Positions 8,676 to 18,594 of a stretch of 64,000 nt of DNA are shown here, piece after piece (the stretch's first letter is position 1; every line of letters begins with the position of its first letter). The notes under the pieces are model-generated. The model made no database searches. It worked only from the letters and a program-made list of their open reading frames with translations, and was not told where the DNA came from. The translations under genes were made by a program, and so were the position numbers. The stretch lies in NCBI GenBank assembly GCA_020697715.1, contig JAEHCO010000003.1, positions 64,001-128,000 on the forward strand, read 5' to 3'. The stretch is from Methanobacteriota archaeon (lineage in GTDB: Archaea; Thermoplasmatota; Thermoplasmata; SG8-5; JAGLSY01).

Positions 8676-8731
8676 TGCTATTCATCCATAGGCCAAGTTC
8701 AGCCATGCCAGTAATTATTTGAGGTAAAGCA

Positions 8732-9691
8732 ATGGAAGATATATCCAGGATACTTTCAAGTGGTTCTAATCTGATATTAGTGCATTCCAATGCCGATGCT
8801 GATGCAATTGGCTCCGGGATCGCAATAGCATTATCATTTCCAAATTCATTCTTATACGCGCCTTCAGGAGTGAGCCGCGTTGGGAAGAAACTTTTGAAAG
8901 AATTGAACATGGATATTCTGGATAATGCGGAATTAGAGAATTATGACAATCTCATTGTTGTGGATTGTCATTCAGATGCCATGCTACAACTGCCTGGCTT
9001 CGATTGGGGCCAGGCAGTTGTAATTGACCATCACCCAGGCTCCGAGAACAAGAAATTTCTCGCATCCTTCATCGATGAAAAGACGGTATCCACATGCGAG
9101 ATAGTCTGGTCGCTACTCCGTCATCTTGGGAAAGATAAGGAAATAGAGGATGGAATTGCCCTCGCACTTCTAACTGGAATGATCGGTGATTCCGGCAATT
9201 TCCACCACGCGAGCCCGACCACATTGAATTATGCAGGCCAAGTATTAGAAGCCTCTAATATCAGCATGGAGAAGGCCTTTTCAATGTTCCACATGGAAGC
9301 TGGAGATGAGGTGTCCCAGCGTGTGTCCAAATTAAAGGGGGGCCAGCGCTTGAAGTATCTCAGAAAAGGAACTTGGGTCGTGGCCTCGAGCCAGGTAAGT
9401 TCCTTTGAATCAAATGTCGCCCGTGGCCTCATAAACCTGGGAGCCGATGTGAGCTTTGTCGCCTCGCAGGAGAAGTTGAAATATCGAATCACTGCCAGGG
9501 CGAATCGCCGAGCCCTGGACATCGGTATCCACCTGGGGCATTTTCTCAGGGATATTGCGGAAGAGATCGGGGCTGAGAGTGGTGGCCATGATGGCGCAGC
9601 TGGCCTGACAGGCTCTGGCGAATCAGAGGCCATATTGAACATATGCTCGGAAAAAGCACTGGCTTACCTTGTTAAGAAGGATGGTGGCTGA
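8732..9691 (+). CDS. DHH/DHHA1 family phosphoesterase
   Basis: HSNADADAIGS, VVD, IDHH, GMIGDSG, SGGHDGAAG. Confidence 0.9.
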   Translation: MEDISRILSSGSNLILVHSNADADAIGSGIAIALSFPNSFLYAPSGVSRVGKKLLKELNMDILDNAELENYDNLIVVDCHSDAMLQLPGFDWGQAVVIDHHPGSENKKFLASFIDEKTVSTCEIVWSLLRHLGKDKEIEDGIALALLTGMIGDSGNFHHASPTTLNYAGQVLEASNISMEKAFSMFHMEAGDEVSQRVSKLKGGQRLKYLRKGTWVVASSQVSSFESNVARGLINLGADVSFVASQEKLKYRITARANRRALDIGIHLGHFLRDIAEEIGAESGGHDGAAGLTGSGESEAILNICSEKALAYLVKKDGG

Positions 9692-9776
9692 TAATGAAGA
9701 GCCATCACGATATATTATATTTAATAACAATTAAGTTATTATACAATCCCACGATTGACGACGAAGGAGATTCAAT

Positions 9777-10454
9777 ATGAGCGAAGGTACACCATCGGCA
9801 GGTTTGTCCCCAACACCAGCACCACAATCCAGTGGTCAGATGATGATGTTCATGATGATGTTCATGACCATGTTCATAATGTTCATTCCATCCATGCGTA
9901 ATGCAGTTGGAGAGATCGCCAAAGTGTTATTGGATCCAGTTATTGGTTTTGATTATAAATTCCCTATCATGACACTCTTCATGGCGGGCTTCATGATGGT
10001 CATAATGTCCACAGGGATAAGACATTATTTCATCGACTGGATAGAGGCCGCGCGCAATCAATCCGTCATGAGGGATTTCAATAAGGAACTTAGGGAAGCC
10101 AGAATGGCCCAGAATGAGAAAAAGACCGCTGTCCTTCTCAAAAAACAGCCCGAGATAATGCAGATGAACATGCAATCCTCAATGGCTCAGATGAAACCAA
10201 TGGCCTTCACGATGATATTCATAATTGGTACTTTCACATACCTGGGAGTTTTTGTCCATGGCCTTCCAAGTACCATGTTCTCCATCCCATGGCATTATAA
10301 TTCCAATTTCGCGACCTCTCCAATTTGCGCCTTCGAGAACTGGATATTCGTCTACATGCTTGTATCCATGTCATTCGGACAGGTACTTCAGAGGGTTCTC
10401 AAGCACATCACATTTTCCAATAGACTAAAAGAATTGGACGTGGTCGGTGAATGA
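9777..10454 (+). CDS. DUF106 / EMC3-TMCO1 (Oxa1 superfamily) membrane insertase
   Basis: TM helix, Met-rich coiled coil, QMKPMAFT, WIFVYMLVS; position upstream of cmk fits the usual archaeal context. Confidence 0.85.
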   Translation: MSEGTPSAGLSPTPAPQSSGQMMMFMMMFMTMFIMFIPSMRNAVGEIAKVLLDPVIGFDYKFPIMTLFMAGFMMVIMSTGIRHYFIDWIEAARNQSVMRDFNKELREARMAQNEKKTAVLLKKQPEIMQMNMQSSMAQMKPMAFTMIFIIGTFTYLGVFVHGLPSTMFSIPWHYNSNFATSPICAFENWIFVYMLVSMSFGQVLQRVLKHITFSNRLKELDVVGE

Positions 10455-10972
10455 TCATCACCATCAGCGGCCCTCCAGGAAGTGGCAAGACGACTGTCGC
10501 CAGGCTTCTGGCAGAACAATTGGGTCATGACCTTGTCACAACAGGTATCATATTCAGAGAAATGGCAGCAGCAAGGGATATGAACCTTGCTGATTTTGGA
10601 GCATTGGCCCTTGAGGATCCCGAGATAGATAAGGAATTGGATAGACGTGTTCTCACATACGCCGAAGGCAATGTCATAATCGAGGGAAGATTGGCTGGCC
10701 ACATGCTTCATCTCAATGGGAAAAAAGCTCTTAAAGTTTGGATCGACGCATCCATCCAGATACGCAGCCAGAGAATTGCTGGTCGCGAATCAAAAGATGT
10801 GGACGTGGTCATGAAAGAGACCATCGAGAGAGCGGAATGCGAGCATGAGAGATACATGAATGTCTATGGCATAGATTCCTATGATCTGGCAGTTTATGAT
10901 CTTGTCGTACATTCTGACGATCAGACACCTGAAGAGATCGTGAATACCATCGTGGAGGAATTAAATGACTAA
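10451..10972 (+). CDS. cmk: Cytidylate kinase (archaeal type)
   Basis: ITISGPPGSGKTT, GIIFREMA, IEGRLAG. Confidence 0.93.
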   Translation: MIITISGPPGSGKTTVARLLAEQLGHDLVTTGIIFREMAAARDMNLADFGALALEDPEIDKELDRRVLTYAEGNVIIEGRLAGHMLHLNGKKALKVWIDASIQIRSQRIAGRESKDVDVVMKETIERAECEHERYMNVYGIDSYDLAVYDLVVHSDDQTPEEIVNTIVEELND

Positions 10973-11939
10973 TGATGAATTGACGATATCCGCCACTACC
11001 CTATCTGCCAGTGCCCATGGCACTGAGCCAGAGCAAAGGGAGCTTGAGCATTATCTGCGCCTTGGAATGGTATTGATAGATAAACCAAGAGGGCCGACAT
11101 CCCATCAGGTATCTGCCTGGGTAAAGGGCATCGCGGGGCTGAAGAAGGCAGGCCATTCGGGAACATTGGACCCGAATGTCAGTGGAGTTCTTCCCATAGT
11201 GTTTGGGGATGCGACCAGGGCTCTGGACGTTCTGTTAGAGGGCACGAAGGAATATGTGGCCGTTCTCAGACTTCATGGTAATTCTCAGAAGGATCGAATC
11301 GAGAAGGTCTGCAAACAATTCATCGGAGATATCTATCAAACACCTCCTGTCCGCGCGGCTGTCAAACGTGAGCTACGTATCCGAAAGATCCATTCACTGG
11401 ACATCCTTGAAATAGATGGCAGAAATGTCTTGTTCAGGGTCGAATGCGACCCAGGAACCTACATACGTACATTATGCACCGATATAGGTGACATCCTGGG
11501 TGTTGGCGGTCACATGCTGGAGCTTAGAAGGACCCGAAGCGGTCATTTCCACGAATCACAATTATGCCGATTGCACGATCTGAAGGATGCCTTCGAGACA
11601 TACAAAGAAACTGGGGATGAATCCACTATCAGGAAACTGGTCATGCCCATGGAAAAGCTCTTTGACGACCTCCCAAGGATAACGGTCAAGGATTCCGCAG
11701 TGGATGCATTATGTCATGGTGCGAACCTGGCATTGCCCGGAGTTGTCCGGGTGGATGGCAAGGCGAAGAAAGGCGGCCTTGTCGCGATATTCACACAAAA
11801 AGGAGAAGCCATTGGACTTGGAATTGCCAAGAAGAGGTCCAAGGATATGATCAGTGGTGAGAAGGGGGTTGCAGTGGATGTTAAAAGAATATTCATGGAG
11901 CCAGGGACTTACCCCAAACTCTGGAAACGGAAAACTTAA
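10965..11939 (+). CDS. cbf5: Cbf5 H/ACA RNA-guided pseudouridine synthase
   Basis: IDKPRGPTSHQV, GHSGTLDP, GTYIRTLC, ELRRTRSG, C-terminal PUA domain. Confidence 0.96.
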   Translation: MTNDELTISATTLSASAHGTEPEQRELEHYLRLGMVLIDKPRGPTSHQVSAWVKGIAGLKKAGHSGTLDPNVSGVLPIVFGDATRALDVLLEGTKEYVAVLRLHGNSQKDRIEKVCKQFIGDIYQTPPVRAAVKRELRIRKIHSLDILEIDGRNVLFRVECDPGTYIRTLCTDIGDILGVGGHMLELRRTRSGHFHESQLCRLHDLKDAFETYKETGDESTIRKLVMPMEKLFDDLPRITVKDSAVDALCHGANLALPGVVRVDGKAKKGGLVAIFTQKGEAIGLGIAKKRSKDMISGEKGVAVDVKRIFMEPGTYPKLWKRKT

Positions 11940-12011
11940 AAGTTTTCCTTATTCTCGAAACGAAGACCAAGGTCTTCTTATTCTCGGAAACGCAAGACCT
12001 AAAAGTTTTCC
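11937..12011. repeat. 12-bp direct repeat flanking an internal ~21-23 bp direct repeat and a palindrome
   Basis: TAAAAGTTTTCC at 11937 and 12000; CTTATTCTCG(G)AAACG(C)AAGACC twice; GAAGACC-AA-GGTCTTC. Confidence 0.7.
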
Positions 12012-12019
12012 ACACTCTT

Positions 12020-14512
12020 TTATTCATTTTCAGGCTCAGAGATCTCTGTCTTCTCATCTTCGACTGTATCTTCTATTTTAGTTGGCTTCTTTCGAAGTAC
12101 AATGAAAGCTCCAACTATTGCGATCAGAACAAGTAAGATGATTAGCCAGAGGTAATTGGTTCCGCCATCGTCGCTATCCGATTCATCATCGTCAACAACA
12201 TCATCAACAATATCATCTTCGATTATCCAAATGTCTGGATCAAGTGGTTCTGAATCTATGGAATCCACTACATCATCTCCGTCATCGTCGGTGTCCATCC
12301 AGGATTCTGTGTTGTTGGCATCGCCGTCTGGAGTTCCGTCATTGTCGGTGTCGATGGGCTTATCTGTCTCGTCTGTTGAGTTGGTTCCTAAGAAGTCTTC
12401 CCAGATGTCGAGGAAACCATCGTTGTCATCATCAGTATCTGCATTGTTGCCAATAGTGTCATTATCTGTATCCAATGTTTCTGCATCATCCAGTGGGAAG
12501 GCATCTTCTGAATCTGGAACTCCATCATTGTCGTCATCCGGGTCGGTAATATCAGGCATCCCATCGCCATCAGAGTCCAAGGGGGGCTCTGTGGGGGTAG
12601 CATTTAGTTCAATTGCATTTGCATCCTCATTGCCAATCGAATCCATTGCACGAACAACCACATAATAGGTTTGATTATTAATCAAGCCAGTTACTGTGAA
12701 ATTAAGATTATCAGTTGAGTTAGATGGCTCTGAATAATTCTGAGTTCCAGAGGCTTCTGAAATGTAAATGTTGTAGGTTACTGGATTATTTGGATCCGAA
12801 TTGGAATAATTAGTATCTGGATCAACCGCCTCTAGCCATTCAAGATAGAGCTTCCCATCTTCAGCCACATTCTCTATTTTCTGAATACCTGAGAATATAG
12901 GGGGTGTGATGTCCAATGGGGTAGTTGGGATTGCACTTTTGACGATCGTATTATTATCCTCATTGCCTCTTGAATCCTCGGCTCGAACTACAAAGAAATA
13001 TTCCAGGCCATTCTCAAGGCCTGTAATATTTATTTCATTTGATTGTGTGGTGTAGTCCGGTGTTGAAAAATCAAAGTCGGTCGTATTGGTGGATTGGTAG
13101 ATATTATATGTAATAGGAGATGAAGGATCGAATGTCAAGTTCCAAGATAAGGTAGCATCGCCTGAATTAGCTTTGCCAATTGCATTGTTTAGTCCTGAAA
13201 AGGTTGGTGACATAGAATCGTAATCTCGGATGACAATATCGAAGTCTGTACCATCGGCTAGTGTGGAATCATTTGTGTGCCAGGAGATATACAGTTTCCC
13301 ATTATATACCTGTAAACATGGCAAATCATCAGTTCCATTTAATGAATCCCCAGAAATGTTTCCATATTCGCTCCAACTGGATCCATTATAATTGATTAGG
13401 GCAATGTTACTGTTCGCAGGCGTTGTTGCCTGTACTTCATGTACGATGTATACATCATAATTATATTCAACAATTAATGGCTGATAAAACCATGCTCCAT
13501 TAGAATAACTGCATACTGTAATATTACTCCATTCCAAGCCATCATATGTTCTCAAGCATATTCCATCATTATTTCTCCAAATTATCCACAGTTGGTTATT
13601 ATGTACAATAGCATCTGGACTTGTATCATGATAAAATAATTCATCAGAGGTATTACTTATTTCAACAGTATTACTCCAAGAAAATCCATCATAAAACCTA
13701 TAGACAATATCTCCATCAATTCCATTACTTATTGACGTATCGTACGTATTCCAAATTGCATAGAGCCTATTATTAAAAACTTCAAGAGTGGGGAATCGAT
13801 CACTTTCAGTATTTGATGATAGCGTTAATTCTTCAATGCTCCCCCAGGTTACTTCATCGTATTTTCTGTAAACGATGTCTGAATCCGTTCCTGTACTGAT
13901 AGAGTCTGCTTCCGTCTGCCATATAACAAACAAACTGCCATCAAAGACCTCCATTTGCGGAAGGAAGTCAAACATAGTCGGTCCTGTATCATCAGGGTAT
14001 GTAACTTCAGATATGTTAGACCAATTACCACCATCAAAGCTCCTTATCACAACATCCCAATCAGTGCCATTAGCTATGCCTGGGTCGTTTGAAATCCATG
14101 TCACATAAAGTTTGTTATTGAACACAATTGCATAAGGTGAGCTATCATTTTTTGTATCTGATGTGTAAGTTATTTCACAGATGCCAGACCAGGAATTACC
14201 ATCATAGGTTCGGTAAACAATATCCCAATCAGAGCCCGTTGAGAATTCATCACCCCAAGTTGCCCAGATTACATATAATTCCGAATCAAATTCGACCATT
14301 GTTGGATAATTATCTTTCTCGTTCCCACCAGGATAAGAAAGCTCTGTGATATTTCCCCACTTTTCTAGATTGGTAATGGATGCCACCGAAGGCTCTGGAA
14401 TCGAGTTTACAATATCAATTTCATTATCTTCTCCGTCAATACTTGCGAAACTTGAAAGTAAGCTGGCTGATATTATGATTGTTGAAATCCATATTGTGAG
14501 AATATGTTTCAT
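12020..14512 (-). CDS. Cell-surface protein: propeller-like repeats, 2 FN3-like domains, TSP3-like Ca-binding repeats, C-terminal TM anchor
   Basis: Signal peptide; repeated DxDIVYRxYDGxxWS blades; LSW...TYNIY...GLENGLEYFFVVRAEDS; DSDGDG/DTDNDG repeats; YLWLIILLVLIAIVGAFIVLRKK. Confidence 0.85.
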   Translation of the reverse strand: MKHILTIWISTIIISASLLSSFASIDGEDNEIDIVNSIPEPSVASITNLEKWGNITELSYPGGNEKDNYPTMVEFDSELYVIWATWGDEFSTGSDWDIVYRTYDGNSWSGICEITYTSDTKNDSSPYAIVFNNKLYVTWISNDPGIANGTDWDVVIRSFDGGNWSNISEVTYPDDTGPTMFDFLPQMEVFDGSLFVIWQTEADSISTGTDSDIVYRKYDEVTWGSIEELTLSSNTESDRFPTLEVFNNRLYAIWNTYDTSISNGIDGDIVYRFYDGFSWSNTVEISNTSDELFYHDTSPDAIVHNNQLWIIWRNNDGICLRTYDGLEWSNITVCSYSNGAWFYQPLIVEYNYDVYIVHEVQATTPANSNIALINYNGSSWSEYGNISGDSLNGTDDLPCLQVYNGKLYISWHTNDSTLADGTDFDIVIRDYDSMSPTFSGLNNAIGKANSGDATLSWNLTFDPSSPITYNIYQSTNTTDFDFSTPDYTTQSNEINITGLENGLEYFFVVRAEDSRGNEDNNTIVKSAIPTTPLDITPPIFSGIQKIENVAEDGKLYLEWLEAVDPDTNYSNSDPNNPVTYNIYISEASGTQNYSEPSNSTDNLNFTVTGLINNQTYYVVVRAMDSIGNEDANAIELNATPTEPPLDSDGDGMPDITDPDDDNDGVPDSEDAFPLDDAETLDTDNDTIGNNADTDDDNDGFLDIWEDFLGTNSTDETDKPIDTDNDGTPDGDANNTESWMDTDDDGDDVVDSIDSEPLDPDIWIIEDDIVDDVVDDDESDSDDGGTNYLWLIILLVLIAIVGAFIVLRKKPTKIEDTVEDEKTEISEPENE

Positions 14513-14582
14513 TATTTTTCTTCCACCTAATGTAAATCTAAATGGGGTGGTGGTATTTTACAGTTTGGGAATTAATTAATAA

Positions 14583-15236
14583 TCATTCCAGCTTGAAGGC
14601 CAGATCCCCGCCCAACTGCTGGATAGCTGCCTGGAACCTGTTCATCTCCTTCACCGTGAGGTGGCAGGATATCTTGATCTTGGAAAGCTTTTCCTTCCTT
14701 TCCAATCCTATGACATTGCAGCTTCCACGCGATCTGCTGACAAGTGTTCTCACTTTCTTCAGATCTGTTGGGTCTGAAAGCTCGAGGACCATGACCGTTG
14801 TTCTTTTTCCTTTCAAGCCCAGGCGCCCCTCCAGTCTTCCCAGGATCACGAGGGACAATATGATGATCGAGGTTACTATGATGGCGAACATGTGCATGCC
14901 GATACCGATGGCCATACCAATTGCGGCGGACATCCAGATGGCGGCAGCCGATGTAAGACCTCTAACATGGCCTTTCGCGAACATGATGGTTCCCGCACCG
15001 ATGAATCCCACTCCGGTTATTATCTGGGCGGCCACTCTGCTGGGCTCATTGGAATATGTATAAAGATCTGTGAATGCGATGCTGATGATGGTGAAAAGTG
15101 TGGCTCCAGTGCATATCAGCATGTAGGTCTTGATACCTGCTGGCTTCTCCTTCAGCTCTCGTTCCAGTCCGATCAAGCTGCCGCATATGATGGCCAATAA
15201 TATCTTTGGCAGGTATACGGTTACCAGCTCTTCCAT
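14583..15236 (-). CDS. MgtC/SapB family membrane protein with C-terminal ACT-like domain
   Basis: IGLERE...KPAGIKTY, RVAAQIITGVGFIGAG, GLTSAAAIW; start placed at ATG 15236. Confidence 0.9.
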   Translation of the reverse strand: MEELVTVYLPKILLAIICGSLIGLERELKEKPAGIKTYMLICTGATLFTIISIAFTDLYTYSNEPSRVAAQIITGVGFIGAGTIMFAKGHVRGLTSAAAIWMSAAIGMAIGIGMHMFAIIVTSIIILSLVILGRLEGRLGLKGKRTTVMVLELSDPTDLKKVRTLVSRSRGSCNVIGLERKEKLSKIKISCHLTVKEMNRFQAAIQQLGGDLAFKLE

Positions 15237-15390
15237 TGGGATCAACATCATCACTTCATATGTAGGGTGGTATATAAATGGATTTCGAGTGTATGAGGGG
15301 ATATGGGACATTAGTCTCTCTGTTTGATTGGGTAATAAGTTTCTCTGTGCATGGGAAAATATAATAAATAACCAGCCTATGGTCATCGTA

Positions 15391-15918
15391 ATGTCAGAGG
15401 CTATGGTAAAGGGTGATCTGATCCTCAAAGTTCTAGAGCACGTATCAAATAAAAGAGGTAAAGATAGCCTGGTCAAGATCGGTGTAGACCCTTCAGGATA
15501 CTTGATAGAGAAATGGTATCCTATCTCTGATTTTCTTTCTCTTATCTCAAAGATCGATGATGCTTATGGTGATGGTGATGGCTCAAAGGCCATAGCCAGT
15601 CGCATTGGCTATGAGATCATGAAGTTCGATTTCAGATGGCAAATGCTCTTCAGGGGCAAGGATCCCAAGGATGTATTCACCAGCACGAAGAGACAGGATG
15701 GCCAGTACCGTGGCGGTAGGTTCGAAGCCTCGGCCACCGAAGATAAGAAGGTGACCATAATTTTGAGAGAGTGGCCCAATGACATGGTCTGGTATGAATT
15801 TTACAAGGGGCGGTTACAGGCGGTCCTGGAATTAACTGGCAACACCGGTATTGTGGATATAACCTGCATCGAACTGGATGATGAACCCACCTGCACTTAT
15901 GACATAATATGGGAATGA
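15391..15918 (+). CDS. Hypothetical protein, possibly V4R/H-NOX-like (DUF2378-like) small ligand-binding fold
   Basis: WYP motif, IGYEI, FYKGRLQAVLELTG, C-terminal C...CTYDIIW. Confidence 0.5.
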   Translation: MSEAMVKGDLILKVLEHVSNKRGKDSLVKIGVDPSGYLIEKWYPISDFLSLISKIDDAYGDGDGSKAIASRIGYEIMKFDFRWQMLFRGKDPKDVFTSTKRQDGQYRGGRFEASATEDKKVTIILREWPNDMVWYEFYKGRLQAVLELTGNTGIVDITCIELDDEPTCTYDIIWE

Positions 15919-15922
15919 TGAC

Positions 15923-16501
15923 ATGAACCCTGAAGATCTATTGGAGTTGATGAGCAGAAGGCGCACTCTCAGGAACTTCACTGATAAAGAAGTGGCTTCT
16001 GAAAGTATTGACAGGATAGTCCAAGCCAGTACCCTTTCTCCATCTGGCGCTGATAAGCTTCCCTTCATCACCATCAAGATCCTTGATCCCGATGCCAGAG
16101 CCAAGATACGCAAGGCTTCGGAGAAAGCAGATAGGGAATTCCATGAGAATTGTGATCCCAAACTGAAGAAATGGTTCGATGCCAAAGGCATAGATCACAG
16201 GAAGGAATTCCTAACCAAGGCTCCATTGCTTCTTGTAATTGCCGGGGATACCACCAAACCATACTGGAGGGAATCGACTTGGCTTTCCATCGCCTATATG
16301 CTGATGGCGATCGAATCTGAGGATTTGGGCACGGTCACTTACACTCCTTCAGATACAAGCTTCCTGAACCAACTGCTTGACATGCCTCAGAATTTCAAAG
16401 CCGAGGTCATATTGCCAGTTGGTCATCCTGCGGAAACCTTGCCTGATAAAAAGGCAAGGGTCACTGGGAAGGTATTTGATGAGAAGTATGCGGGTGAGTA
16501 A
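15923..16501 (+). CDS. Nitroreductase family flavoprotein
   Basis: RRRTLRNF, SPSGADKLPF, APLLLV, LGTV, ILPVGHP. Confidence 0.88.
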   Translation: MNPEDLLELMSRRRTLRNFTDKEVASESIDRIVQASTLSPSGADKLPFITIKILDPDARAKIRKASEKADREFHENCDPKLKKWFDAKGIDHRKEFLTKAPLLLVIAGDTTKPYWRESTWLSIAYMLMAIESEDLGTVTYTPSDTSFLNQLLDMPQNFKAEVILPVGHPAETLPDKKARVTGKVFDEKYAGE

Positions 16502-16545
16502 ACTGGGAAGTAAACTGAAAAGTTGACTTCCCCGGAGATGAATGA

Positions 16546-16974
16546 ATGGATTATCTGGTAAAAGCATTGACAGTCTGGTTCATTGGTTTTTTCCCCTATT
16601 TTGAAATATACTTGGCTGTTCCAGCAGGCTTCGCATTAGGAATGGATCCAATATCGATCATATTCTGGTCATCTTTTGGTAATTGCGCTCCTATCTTCTT
16701 GATAAATTATCTGCATTCGCAAGCGATCAAGAATGAGCGAGTGAATGGCTGGCTCTCAAAACTCACATCCGAGAAATTGAAGAGTAGAGTTGATAAATAT
16801 GGTATCTGGTTCATTCTGCTCGGAACTCCTTGGACCGGAGTTTGGACCATGATGATCACAATGAAGGTGTTCCAAATGGATGAAAGAAAACTTATTTTGT
16901 ATTCGATCATAAGCATAGTTGTCTATGCCATCGTCATCACTGTGCTCATCGCCATGGGGATCGAGATGGCATGA
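16546..16974 (+). CDS. Putative small multidrug export family membrane protein
   Basis: PYFEIYLAVPAG, GN, KYG, PWTGVWT motifs; 4 hydrophobic segments. Confidence 0.75.
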   Translation: MDYLVKALTVWFIGFFPYFEIYLAVPAGFALGMDPISIIFWSSFGNCAPIFLINYLHSQAIKNERVNGWLSKLTSEKLKSRVDKYGIWFILLGTPWTGVWTMMITMKVFQMDERKLILYSIISIVVYAIVITVLIAMGIEMA

Positions 16975-17042
16975 GTGGATGGCATGGCATGATGTCATAA
17001 GTGAATAGCATGGCGTGATGGCATAAGGGAATAGCATGGCAT
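16965..17042. repeat. 26-bp tandem repeat, 3 copies plus a degenerate partial copy
   Basis: GATGGCATGAGTGGATGGCATGGCAT / GATGTCATAAGTGAATAGCATGGCGT / GATGGCATAAGGGAATAGCATGGCAT. Confidence 0.85.
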
Positions 17043-17092
17043 AATGGGATGACTTGAGATATTATTGCCCTTGATCTTGCTCCCGCAACGGC

Positions 17093-18472
17093 TCACACCA
17101 ATGGTCTAGGAATGGTCATGGCCTCAAAGACATTCATGGCCATATTGTCCGTCATCAATGCGATATAATCTCGTACCATCATCACGATGTTGAAGTTCAT
17201 AATATAATCATCATTCATCTCTGAAAGGAATGGCAATATGGAATTGATCCGGTCATTATCCTGCTTGATATTCTCGCGGATGATGATGAGTTTTAATTTC
17301 CTTATATTGTCCTGGTCTCCATCAATGTCCTTTTCCAGTTCTTTCAGGGTCGCGTGCTCGAGATTTATACCATTGTCCGTTGTCACTTTGCCATGAAAAT
17401 CCATAAGGCTGGCCTGTATGGTCTTTGGCATTTCCAGGGACTCCAGCTCTTCCATGAAGGAATAGAACATCTTCCTAAGCATGTTCTCTGTTTGCTCCTC
17501 ATATCTTAGATTTTCCGGATTCATGTATATCCTGGGATAATTGAAATCATGGACAAGTGAATTAAGAGCGTCCTTGACTGGCCAGCTAAGTTTTATGGAT
17601 ATCTCATGCCTGGCGGGATCTCTGCCATTCTCCGAAACGAATTGCTCTCTATCCCATCTGAAATTGACAATGATATCCTTGACAAGGGTATCGATGATCT
17701 GCCCATTCGTTGTGCCGAGAACATCCGTGATCTCCTTTGGGATGTCCTCTTCCTTGATTATGCCAGCTTTGGCCGCATCCTCGATATCTTTTCTGGCATA
17801 TGCGATCCTGTCACATATCTTGACCAGACATCCTTCAAGGGTTGCGGGGCTCATTGAATCTTCATGTTTCTTGTCCTCAATAAGTTCCATTGGTCTGAAC
17901 TCGCTCTCGGTGGTCTCACCGCAATGCGAAATGATACCATCCAGTACTTCCCATGAAAGATTAAGTCCATTTCCATCTTTCTCCAGAACTTCAAGGACAT
18001 GGACACTCTGGACATTATGCTCGAAGCCCTTATCTCCATGTTCTTTGCATAATTCGTCGAGAACCTTCTCCCCTCTATGGCCAAAGGGCGGATGTCCGAT
18101 ATCATGCCCCAGCCCTATTGCCTCGGCTAGATCCTCATTCAGGCCCAATGATCGGGATATCGATCTTGCGAGATGAGCGACATGCATCGTGTGTGTCATC
18201 CTATTGCTTACCAGTGGACTACGAGGGGACATGAAGACCTGGGTCTTTCCAGCCAATCTAAAAAAGGCCTTGGAGTACAGTATCCTATCACGATCTATTG
18301 AAAAAGGGCTTCGATGTTCACCCGCATCTGATGTTTCCTGTACCTTACGCCCAAGTGAGCTGGTGCTGGGCGTGGCATAATTGGTATTCATACTGGCTTC
18401 TTCTTTCATAAAAGAATGTGATTCTATCTCTTCCAGTATTCTTTTCCTTTCCTTATCTGGTATGCGCTTCAC
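17093..18472 (-). CDS. dgt: Deoxyguanosinetriphosphate triphosphohydrolase-like HD protein
   Basis: RSPFSIDRDRILYSKAFFRLAGKTQVF, NRMTHTMHV, GHDIGHPPFGHRGE, FEHNVQS, DRIAY, DYIALMTD. Confidence 0.9.
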   Translation of the reverse strand: MKRIPDKERKRILEEIESHSFMKEEASMNTNYATPSTSSLGRKVQETSDAGEHRSPFSIDRDRILYSKAFFRLAGKTQVFMSPRSPLVSNRMTHTMHVAHLARSISRSLGLNEDLAEAIGLGHDIGHPPFGHRGEKVLDELCKEHGDKGFEHNVQSVHVLEVLEKDGNGLNLSWEVLDGIISHCGETTESEFRPMELIEDKKHEDSMSPATLEGCLVKICDRIAYARKDIEDAAKAGIIKEEDIPKEITDVLGTTNGQIIDTLVKDIIVNFRWDREQFVSENGRDPARHEISIKLSWPVKDALNSLVHDFNYPRIYMNPENLRYEEQTENMLRKMFYSFMEELESLEMPKTIQASLMDFHGKVTTDNGINLEHATLKELEKDIDGDQDNIRKLKLIIIRENIKQDNDRINSILPFLSEMNDDYIMNFNIVMMVRDYIALMTDNMAMNVFEAMTIPRPLV

Positions 18473-18594
18473 AATGGTGTGTAAGCCAATGGTTGATTTA
18501 AGATTTACTAATGTAATAGTTACCAGGAGTTACCAGGCCTTGAAAGCCTGGTATTTCCAATTGTATGGATATTGCCCTATACCGATGCCTCAGA

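Noticed and set aside
16965-17060. CRISPR array
   Set aside because: Repeats are contiguous with no unique spacers, and no cas genes are present
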